From the IMG/VR virus record IMGVR_UViG_3300036770_005354, positions 55,860 through 75,859 of that record: DNA of 20,000 bases. One strand, given 5' to 3'. The translations under genes and the position numbers were made by a program. Within the stretch, counting starts at the first letter, position 1. The number at the start of each line of letters is the position of its first letter. Below the pieces are notes generated by a model that saw only the letters and a program-made list of their open reading frames with translations, searched no databases and was not told where the DNA came from. This document shows, piece by piece, positions 7,657-16,300 of the stretch. This DNA is from an uncultured virus (IMG/VR IMGVR_UViG_3300036770_005354). Its lineage: Duplodnaviria; Heunggongvirae; Uroviricota; Caudoviricetes.

Positions 7657-8537
7657 ATCATCAAGAATATACTTATCTCAATGCGTTAGAAAATGTGTTA
7701 TATAATGGAAATAATAGAAATGATCGTACTGGAGTTGGAACTAAAAGTTTATTCGGGTTACAATTAACTTTTGATTTAAAAGAAGAATTTCCAGCAATTA
7801 CTACCAAAAAACTAGCATGGAAAGCCATGGTTAGTGAACTTCTATGGTTTATAGAAGGAAGTAATGACGAATTTAGACTAAAAGAAATATTACACGGGGA
7901 AAGATATATTGATAAAAAAACAATATGGACTGATAATGCACAAGCACCATATTGGGTCAATCGTAAACTTCAAAGACATCCTGGTGATTTAGGTAGAATT
8001 TATGGAGTTCAATGGAGACGTTGGCGCAAACCATTGATTAGAATCAATAAAGTTGTATTACAAAATCATGATCAACTTCTAGAATTAGTTGAAAATTTAA
8101 AAAATGATCCTTACAGTAGACGGCATATATTAACTGCATGGAATCCAGGAGAAATTGAGCTAATGGCATTACCACCATGTCATGTTATGTCTCAGTTTTA
8201 TGTGAACAATGGTAAATTAAGCTGCCAAATGTATCAGAGGTCATCTGATATGTTTTTGGGATTACCATTTAACATAGCAAGTTATGCATTATTCACACAT
8301 ATGCTAGCACAAGTATGTAATTATGAAGTAGATGAATTATCTATTGTTATCGGTGATGCTCATATATATAACAATCACATTGATCAAGTAAAAGAACAGC
8401 TAGCTAGAAAGCCTTTACCATGGCCAACACTAAAAATGAATAGTGAAGTTTCTAGAATTACTGATTTTACAATGAATGATGTAGAGTTAGTAAATTATAA
8501 CTGCCATGAGCCTATAAAGGCTATCATGGCCGTTTAA
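7653..8537 (+). CDS. thyA: Thymidylate synthase (ThyA type)
   Basis: Motifs DRTGVGT, FPAITTKK, ELLWFI, YGVQWR, SRR, catalytic LPPCH, YQRSSDMFLGLPFNIASY and GDAHIY. Uninterrupted ORF. Confidence 0.97.
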   Translation: MNHQEYTYLNALENVLYNGNNRNDRTGVGTKSLFGLQLTFDLKEEFPAITTKKLAWKAMVSELLWFIEGSNDEFRLKEILHGERYIDKKTIWTDNAQAPYWVNRKLQRHPGDLGRIYGVQWRRWRKPLIRINKVVLQNHDQLLELVENLKNDPYSRRHILTAWNPGEIELMALPPCHVMSQFYVNNGKLSCQMYQRSSDMFLGLPFNIASYALFTHMLAQVCNYEVDELSIVIGDAHIYNNHIDQVKEQLARKPLPWPTLKMNSEVSRITDFTMNDVELVNYNCHEPIKAIMAV

Positions 8538-9730
8538 ACAACAACTTCTACTAAACCCTTATTTCCGTTAAAATCATATAAAGCTCTTGCAAATACAGCA
8601 TTTGGGTCATCTCCTGACCTAAATGCCTCTGCATAACCTGGATATGAACTCGTTACTAACATGGTCCCTTTCTTAATTGGGCCAATTACTTTGCATGGCA
8701 CCCTTCCACGTAATGCAATATATGGATTTCTTGATTCATCATCAGTTATTTCATTCATTCTAAATGCAGGATTACATGACACTATTCCAATAACTGATGT
8801 ATCTGCCCTTCTATGTGTTTCAGTAACTTCTTGAGAACCACCAATAATTAAAACTGATCCCATATCATAGGGATTATCACTCTTGTATCTTTCTGCCAAG
8901 TCTGCATATCGTGATGATGATGCTATTGTAGTCAGAACACCAGAAGATGGATTGAATGTGATTCCATCATTTGAATACATTTGAGGGAAGCCAGTAGATG
9001 TATTAGCAAATGGAACATGAAAAGTAGCGTTTGTAGTTGTATAATTTATTGAAAAACTGGTTGAAGTTGTTGCAACTAATGCATCAGCTGCTGTTCCCCA
9101 AAAATAATATCCAAATTCTTTAGATGAACCAGTATCTTCTTTTGCACCATATAAGGTTATACCTTTTTTTACAACTGGAAATTTTTCATATAGTGCGGAT
9201 TGAGCAACTGGATTAAAATCTGGTTCATTACTAACTAAAACTATTGCATCACCACCGAAAGTTCCTTGTATAACTGGAGTTGTAATTAGTTGAGCTTCAT
9301 CAATTTGTTCTTCACCAACTTCCCACGCAGCACGTGTACTTGGTGCTGGGCCAATAATTTTATATTCAAATCCACTATATAATTTCAACTGTTGATTGTT
9401 ATTATCCCACCATAAATCTCCTTCAGTTACATTCGTAGGAGGTGATGAGGAAACGATTAAACTTGCAATACCTTTAAAAGCTAGACCATCGTAAACATTT
9501 AACTTTTTAACATCAAGGCTAGTATCAAACCACAATTGCCCAGTTATAGGAGTGATTGGTTGTGTAGTATTTGAAAAACTTTCTAGTAATTTTAAGAAAT
9601 TTTCATTAATAATTTCCCCGTAACCAGAGAAATTTCTACCAACAAAAGTTAAACTTGTTGTTTTACTTAAAGCTGCGTCATCTAAAATTGTTATTCTAGA
9701 TCCATTTGTTTTATTAATAATATATGGCAT
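8534..9730 (-). CDS. Tail fibre/baseplate-associated protein with putative C-terminal intramolecular chaperone (Peptidase_G2-like) domain
   Basis: Shared N-terminal domain (TSLTFVGRN..GYGE..NENFLKLLE.F...P..P..GQLWFD). The C-terminus YADLAERY...VIGIVS.NPA..MN...IALRGRVPCKV.G.IKKG..LVTS resembles phage spike autochaperone domains (recognised from memory). Confidence 0.7.
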   Translation of the reverse strand: MPYIINKTNGSRITILDDAALSKTTSLTFVGRNFSGYGEIINENFLKLLESFSNTTQPITPITGQLWFDTSLDVKKLNVYDGLAFKGIASLIVSSSPPTNVTEGDLWWDNNNQQLKLYSGFEYKIIGPAPSTRAAWEVGEEQIDEAQLITTPVIQGTFGGDAIVLVSNEPDFNPVAQSALYEKFPVVKKGITLYGAKEDTGSSKEFGYYFWGTAADALVATTSTSFSINYTTTNATFHVPFANTSTGFPQMYSNDGITFNPSSGVLTTIASSSRYADLAERYKSDNPYDMGSVLIIGGSQEVTETHRRADTSVIGIVSCNPAFRMNEITDDESRNPYIALRGRVPCKVIGPIKKGTMLVTSSYPGYAEAFRSGDDPNAVFARALYDFNGNKGLVEVVV

Positions 9731-9731
9731 G

Positions 9732-10730
9732 TTATGTTCCTTCGAATGTAGCTATAACGTTAGTTAAAGTATTAAATACACCGCCAGTAATATCATAATA
9801 ATCCCAAGTATTCGTTCTTGCTATAAATCTTCTAATTTGAAGACCATTAAATGGAGATCCAGCTAATATAAAGCCACCAGTTAATATTACTCTCGCCTCA
9901 CTATTAACAGGGACTCCTCTTTCTATAGAAGAACTATTCACAGTGTTAGATATTAATAAATTGGTAGTAGTATTAATCGGATATGTTGCATTTAGTATAG
10001 TTATAATATTGTTGGTTTGAGTCAAAAATTCATCAGTATTATCAATCGCTGGACTGCCTGCCGCAACTGAACTATTAGGTAATGATACTGTTATATATTT
10101 TTGCTCAATTTTTCCTGTATATGATATATCACCTAAAATGTTTAAGCCAGAAACCATTGAAAATGTTGATGTACCAAAATATGTAGCAGAATCAACGTTA
10201 AACACTTCAAAAGGTTCTGAAGAAATTACTCCAATAGTTTTCCCATAATTTTTTAATAAAGTTAAATTTCTACTTGTTGCATTGTCATCTTTTATTAATG
10301 TTGCGGGTAAAGACCACCCGTTTTCTCCAACCAAAGATGAAAAAGATGGTCCCACTAATAACTCAGAATCTTGATTCAATATTTTTAATTGATTATTAAT
10401 AGTATCAAACCATAAATCACCAATGTTAGCATTAGTTGGTCTTGTACCAGATAGAATTGCGCCACTTAAAATTCTAAATTCACCATCATATACTTTTAAT
10501 CTTTTTGCAGTTCTATCATACCATATTTGTCCAGTTATTGGATTTCGTGGTGGATTAATAGAAGTATTAGCGAAATTTGATAACAATTTTATTAAATTAT
10601 TATTTAATTGTTCGCCATACCCATCCCTGTTTTTTCCAATAAGTGTCAAGCTAGTAGTAGTATCATCTACTCTACCATCTGCTAACTCTAACAAAATCGA
10701 ACCATCTGCTCTTAATATTGTATATGCCAT
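9732..10730 (-). CDS. Tail fibre/baseplate-associated protein, paralog 2, C-terminus unrecognised
   Basis: Same N-terminal domain (TSLTLIGKN..GYGE..NNNLIKLL.NFA...P.NPITGQIWYD...GDLWFD..NNQLK). Confidence 0.7.
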   Translation of the reverse strand: MAYTILRADGSILLELADGRVDDTTTSLTLIGKNRDGYGEQLNNNLIKLLSNFANTSINPPRNPITGQIWYDRTAKRLKVYDGEFRILSGAILSGTRPTNANIGDLWFDTINNQLKILNQDSELLVGPSFSSLVGENGWSLPATLIKDDNATSRNLTLLKNYGKTIGVISSEPFEVFNVDSATYFGTSTFSMVSGLNILGDISYTGKIEQKYITVSLPNSSVAAGSPAIDNTDEFLTQTNNIITILNATYPINTTTNLLISNTVNSSSIERGVPVNSEARVILTGGFILAGSPFNGLQIRRFIARTNTWDYYDITGGVFNTLTNVIATFEGT

Positions 10731-10734
10731 AGTA

Positions 10735-12387
10735 TTAATACTTTATAATATAATGTATAGGAAATCCACCCGTTGCTGTAGTTATTGAAACCATATCAGG
10801 TATCTTAAAATCCTCACCCGAAGATCCATAACTATATCCAATAACTTCAAATAATTCATCATATGTACTAGTTGAAATAGCTGAACCATCACATAATAAC
10901 CATCCAGAAGGACTTGTTGAAGTAGAAAACGCAATAATGGATCCTACGGGAGTTATAGATTTTATTCCAGCCGAAGTTATATTAGTTACAAAAGTTGCGG
11001 AGGTTCCAGTTCCATTAAAGTTAATTGTATTTGATTCTATATCACCAGTTAGCTTAAATTGGGTACTTTTTAATAATCCATTAGATGATCCAGTTATATT
11101 TCCATGAATAACCGTTCCTGTACCAACTGCTCCTATATAACTAACATATAAATTTCTAAAATATACTGAAGGTGTGCCTATATCATACGAATTATGATTA
11201 CCGGGCAATAAAATTAATCCAGAACTACTTGTTGTACCTAATGTAACTAAATTTGTTATAGTAGTATAATCTTGTGATACATTTAATACATCACTAACTT
11301 TAAAAGTATTATCTACTTCAACATTTGTAAATGATGCCGTAGATATTAAATCTAGATTTCCTGATACTTTTAAATTTCCATTTATTGATAGAGCATAATT
11401 TGTATCTGTTACAGTATTAATTGCTACTGATTTATTATCTAAAATCAATGTGTTGGTCAATCCAGCACTTTGAGATGACCTAGTTTTAAATACAATTTTT
11501 CCACCAACGGTATTGTTTAATAAAACTGCATCAGATGACAACTTGAGTAGCTGAATAAAATCTGAATTTAATGTAGTATTAATTACAATACCATCTCTAG
11601 CCAAATAGTTAGTCTGATTAACAGGTGTTTGAAACCAAATTCTTCCAGTAATAATTTGCCCAGATGTATCATCCTTTCTTAAAAATTTATCTGCAGTAAA
11701 TCTTCTTCCTGATACATCTAATGCTAATGATGTTGATGCTATTCCATTAAGTAATATTGAATTATTAGAACTTAAATTTATTCCTGGTCTTAATATACTA
11801 AAACCACTTATTACTACTTTGGGGGTAAAAGTTGCATTAGCAATTATAGATACAACTTCACCATTAATAAAATTTTTAATAACAAATCTAGAATTATTTT
11901 GTGTATCTAAAATTTCATCCGGTTCAATTCCAGTTTTTGAAGTTCCTGAACTTACTAATGGTCCTATAACTGTCCAATCGTTACTATTATAAATTTTTAA
12001 TTGATTATTTGAAGTATCAACCCAAATATCACCGACCTTTAAGGCAGCAGACGGGGAACTTCTAGGATCGCTACCTTGCTGGTATATACCGCTTGCTAGA
12101 GGCCATCTAGCGTTATCTGCGGTACCATCCATGATACGCAGTACCTTACTGAAGGGATCACTAGTGTCATACCATAATTGACCTTCGATTGGATTAATTG
12201 GCGGTATTGGACTTGCAAAATTTTCTAATAAATTTAAGAAATTTTGAGCTATTTTTTCAACATAATTTGGATAGTTTTTTCCAATAAAAGTTAAACTAGT
12301 ATCAAGCGTGTTGACTCCAGGTGGCATATCTGGAACATAAACTGTTTCAATTTTTGATTGGTCAGAAAATCTTAAATTATATGGCAT
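10735..12387 (-). CDS. Tail fibre/baseplate-associated protein with C-terminal phage tail collar domain
   Basis: Same N-terminal domain (TSLTFIGKNY.NY.E...QNFLNLLENFA...P.NPIEGQLWYD). Collar motif PVGSIIAF...PSGWLLCDG..IS...Y.ELF.VIG..YG....F.IPD at about 10950-10795. Confidence 0.8.
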   Translation of the reverse strand: MPYNLRFSDQSKIETVYVPDMPPGVNTLDTSLTFIGKNYPNYVEKIAQNFLNLLENFASPIPPINPIEGQLWYDTSDPFSKVLRIMDGTADNARWPLASGIYQQGSDPRSSPSAALKVGDIWVDTSNNQLKIYNSNDWTVIGPLVSSGTSKTGIEPDEILDTQNNSRFVIKNFINGEVVSIIANATFTPKVVISGFSILRPGINLSSNNSILLNGIASTSLALDVSGRRFTADKFLRKDDTSGQIITGRIWFQTPVNQTNYLARDGIVINTTLNSDFIQLLKLSSDAVLLNNTVGGKIVFKTRSSQSAGLTNTLILDNKSVAINTVTDTNYALSINGNLKVSGNLDLISTASFTNVEVDNTFKVSDVLNVSQDYTTITNLVTLGTTSSSGLILLPGNHNSYDIGTPSVYFRNLYVSYIGAVGTGTVIHGNITGSSNGLLKSTQFKLTGDIESNTINFNGTGTSATFVTNITSAGIKSITPVGSIIAFSTSTSPSGWLLCDGSAISTSTYDELFEVIGYSYGSSGEDFKIPDMVSITTATGGFPIHYIIKY

Positions 12388-12404
12388 ACTTTTTCCCAGT
12401 TAAA

Positions 12405-12412
12405 TATTTATA
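12405..12412 (-). promoter_or_regulatory. T4-type late promoter TATAAATA
   Basis: Exact T4 late consensus on the - strand, overlapping the upstream stop codon and 17 nt before the ATG at 12387. Confidence 0.6.
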
Positions 12413-13046
12413 TCCCGACAGTCAATGATTGAACTCTAACAGTATAATCAATTTGTATCATTCTATTTAATGACTTCTGAACTGGATGAAAGATAACATG
12501 TGTTAATAAATCACCACTTCCTTGCCCATCAGGGTTATAACCCTTTAAACCAATTTCATCAAATACAAAATCTCCTTCAATTAATGTTGCATTATCAAAA
12601 GCATCTTGACCAGAAGGTTCACCAAAATCAAGCAAACAGCTTACTAATATATCAGAATATACAGCACCCGCAACATGTCTAACTTCCATAAAGTTTCTTG
12701 AGATATCTATTTGAGAGGACAATCTAGGATCTATTACTTTTGAATATGTTTGATTGTATAAACTTGCATTTAAGCCTATAGAATTAGGAGTTAAATATGT
12801 TATAATACCAGTTTGGTCTACTCTAGTACCACCATTACCAAACGCCATTTCCGCAATAGTACCAAAGCCTTGATTACTAATTCCTCTAGCTAGGGCTATA
12901 CTAAAATTTTCATAGTGTATTGCATTTTTTTTGTCAACGAAAATTTCTTTAGAAATTGGATCATAAATTTTTATATATCCCTGAACACTTACACCAAACT
13001 TCTCATTTGGTATACATCCATTATTTTTTATATTTTGTGTTTTCAT
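12408..13046 (-). CDS. Putative virion structural protein (KNAIHYENFS...FGNGGT...FDEIGL...LLTHVIFHPVQKSLNR)
   Basis: 212 aa beta-rich ORF within the virion module, preceded by a late-promoter-like box. Function inferred from context. Confidence 0.7.
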   Translation of the reverse strand: MKTQNIKNNGCIPNEKFGVSVQGYIKIYDPISKEIFVDKKNAIHYENFSIALARGISNQGFGTIAEMAFGNGGTRVDQTGIITYLTPNSIGLNASLYNQTYSKVIDPRLSSQIDISRNFMEVRHVAGAVYSDILVSCLLDFGEPSGQDAFDNATLIEGDFVFDEIGLKGYNPDGQGSGDLLTHVIFHPVQKSLNRMIQIDYTVRVQSLTVGI

Positions 13047-13051
13047 AATAA

Positions 13052-13060
13052 TATTTATTG
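13052..13060 (-). promoter_or_regulatory. Putative late promoter CAATAAATA, 5 nt before ATG (leaderless-type)
   Basis: The - strand reads TAATAAAT-CAATAAATA-TTATT-ATG(13046), with no Shine-Dalgarno. Confidence 0.55.
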
Positions 13061-13065
13061 ATTTA

Positions 13066-13299
13066 TTAAAACGAAGTTAAAGCTATTCTTTTCCACGTAT
13101 TTTCCGCAATACATATATACAAATAATTTGAATCAAACGATATATTATTTGTTAGACCAGTACTTGAACTAGTTAAAGGCGCAGTTGTTTTTATAATAAC
13201 ATCAGCTGAATTGACCCTTCGTACTAATTTGTTGTCTGTTACGACGAAATACGTATCTTCAGTGGGTGTTATTACCGGTGTTTGTGTAACTCTTGTCAT
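13066..13299 (-). CDS. Small putative virion protein with fibre-tip-like C-terminal motif
   Basis: 77 aa. The C-terminus AP.TSSSTG....ISFDSNYLYIC.A.NTWKRIAL..F resembles terminal motifs of phage fibre proteins (from memory). Starts 3 nt after the giant gene's stop. Confidence 0.65.
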   Translation of the reverse strand: MTRVTQTPVITPTEDTYFVVTDNKLVRRVNSADVIIKTTAPLTSSSTGLTNNISFDSNYLYICIAENTWKRIALTSF

Positions 13300-13302
13300 A
13301 TG

Positions 13303-16300
13303 TTATTGCTCCAATGAATTTCCATCATCATCTGTTAGAATAAATCCATTACCATCCATTAAAAATTTAGATCCACCATAATAATAATCATTTGGTAACT
13401 CAGATGGCTCTCTTTGTAGAAACTTAGCCTGTTTAGAAACAGATTCTAAAATTGATACGGTTGTTGTATTATTTTCATCTATATTCCACAAACTAGATTT
13501 ATCTATTTCCTTTTTAAGTATAACCAAATTTATATTATTCTGTATGCCAGACTTAATATTTAGATGTATTTGTTGTGTTGAAGTATTAATAGTATATTCA
13601 GGCTCTATGTAATTTACACCTCTATATTTGAATCCTTTAAATGAATCTTCATTTAATAAATTCTCATACATCCATAATTGATTGGTAGATGTAACCAAAT
13701 ATGCATCATAAAATGTTGCTGTTGTTGGTAAATCGTTTACTGTTGGTACAGTTCCTATTAAATTAAAGTTAGGAGTATCATACGATAATGAAATATCTTG
13801 ATTATAATACCCATGTTTATTTAATTTTCTACCACCATAAAATATCTCCACTTGATCTATTGAATTAAATTCATAATCTTTTTTAACTATATCATAAAAT
13901 TTAGATCCAATAGGTGGTATTACATCTAACTGACTACCGCTACTTATTTCAAGATATTTAATAGCGTCAACCAATGTTACATCACCATCACCATCAATAT
14001 CATAAGAATTATCTTTTGGTATTACACCTTGTGCCATATTCAAAGTTAAATCACCATAAGTTTTTGCTAAAGTTTTATTAAAATTACTTGTTACCAATTC
14101 CGCATAGAATGTTCCAGTAGATAGCACTATACCATCACCATTTAATTGGGTAGAAGTAGTCAATATCGAATATGTATTAACATTTTGTATAGTTTTGTGT
14201 TTTTGTCTTAAAATTCTTTCACTATATGGAATTGTTTGATTTATACTTTGATCAATAACTTTAGTTCCAATTTCACAGTATTCACTTGGCGCTGTTCCTA
14301 AAGTACTACGTCTTAATTGTTTTAATACATTATTTTGTACTTTAAAATATTCAATTCGTTCTCCGTCAATAATAACTACACCAGGTATTTTCTTTCTTTT
14401 ATTTGGAGTCATTAATGCTTCAGAATCTGCTACATGTATTTCAGTATCAGTAAACTTAAGTTCTCTAGTCAAATAAGTTGTTCCACTTTTACTCAATCTC
14501 TTGAAATGTGTTCTATTGAATATATCATTGTGTATTCTATATCCTAAAACAGCAGAATTAGCGTTTACACTTGTTAAACTCATTATAACAATTGTGTCAC
14601 TAGTAGTGTGATTATGTAGATCACTAATTTGTATTGTAACTTGATCATCTAAAATTTCATAATCTAATCCACTTGATAATGGTATTCCATTTACTTGAAC
14701 CCATACATAATTATCGTTTAAAACAGGTCTAGAAATTTTATATCTACGATTTGGATTACCAACAAATTTTTCAGTTTGAACCAACATATTATCATGGTCA
14801 TTAAATGTTATAGCTTTAATTACAACGTTTTCATAAGATGTTGATAATACTAATTTATCACCAATTACATTATAATCATATTCACCTGTTACAAACCCAA
14901 CAACAGCAACAGTATCTCTAATTGATATTAATGTTGGTACTATACTAACTGTACTATCAACAGAATTTACTGTAAAATCAAATCCTGGTCTTAAAGTTTT
15001 ACCATTAATATATACTCTAGTATTTGATATACTAAATGTACCAGGTGCTCTTGTAGTTTTATTATCTATGGCGTAAACATAAGATAATGAACTATTAACT
15101 TGGTAATATTCAATGTTAGGAGGATTTAATCTTCTTCTTCCATTTGAATCAGCGATTTCAACTATAATGTTAGCAACATGTGGTTCTGATTTCCCAGGAG
15201 GATATAGTAATGTAACTATATTTACTAGAGTTGTTATAACAAATTCTTGTTCTTTTACTTCATTAAAATACTTATAAGGATTAGAAAAGAACCATGCGCT
15301 GGCTGTGTTTTTTGCGAATGGCGAATTTATAAAAGTTATATTAACTGCCGCTCTTCTATTATCATTCGATGCTGGTACTATTTCATAATAGTTTTGTGCA
15401 CCCGGAGTTCCTTTTTCCGGTATTGCAATACCATTAAATGAAACATATGCACTATTGACAGAATTATATCCAGCCAAACTTTGCACCTGTATAGTTGTAG
15501 TATTTTCAGCAGTAGCAGTAGCAAAATCTAAAACTCCTGACTCAAAATCTTCTCTACCACCACCGATACCCAAAAGAGTATAAGTACAAATACCAGAACT
15601 AAATTGTTCAGGTATAACCAATTCATTAGTATCCCAATTTATGGTAAATTCTTCAGTACTTGTCCAATCAGAAACATAATCTCGTACAAAACTGTTAAAT
15701 TTAAATATAACACCATTAAATACAACAGTTAAATATTCTCCGGCAGGCGGAACAATAGATAATTTTTGTGATGTAAAAAATACGCCCGGTCTTACATTAA
15801 AATGACCCGTAAATACTAATGGTGGGTTTATTGATGTTTTTGTATATACATTGATTGCAATTGTATCCGCAACTAAACCTGGAACAAATTCTTCAGTTGA
15901 ATTTATAACATTACTAGAATAAAAATCACTACCATCTAAAGTAACGTCTTCTGGATTTATTCCTAATGCATTTATAAATAAACCATTAGTCCAAGAACCA
16001 CTTTCGTATATTGTATCTAATGGTTCAGAATCATTATTTGTAGACCAAAATTCAACTTGTGCAATGCGTGTTAATGTTGTTTGTGTTCCATTAACATATG
16101 TATTATATGTAACAGGATTTAAATTTTGAGTTATTGTTGAACTAATTTTTATTGTATTATTAACACTATTAACATTTGATACATAAACAGATGCGCTACT
16201 AATTAAAGATTGATCATAAATTACAGTAGAAGTTGATAAACTTTGATCATAACTAATTATATTAAGTTCTTGACCAACTGTTATACCAGTAGTGGTTGAC

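Noticed and set aside
419..7960. Short - strand and alternate-frame ORFs over the + strand block (e.g. 419-616, 3671-3904, 5747-6064, 5886-6098, 7673-7960)
   Set aside because: They are shadows of well-supported genes, with no motifs or expression signals.
7653..8537. ThyA homologue as a dCMP hydroxymethylase paired with the glycosyltransferase
   Set aside because: It keeps the dUMP-specifying Asn in PFNIASY and all canonical TS motifs, and it is coupled to DHFR, which true TS requires.
7653..8537. Group I intron, intein or homing endonuclease in thyA, as in T4 td
   Set aside because: The ORF is continuous at 294 aa with no room for such an element.
8534..12387. Diversity-generating retroelement or invertase shuffling of fibre tips
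   Set aside because: Paralogue similarity is only at the protein level. I saw no near-identical template/variable repeat pair, reverse transcriptase, recombinase or inverted crossover sites in the window.
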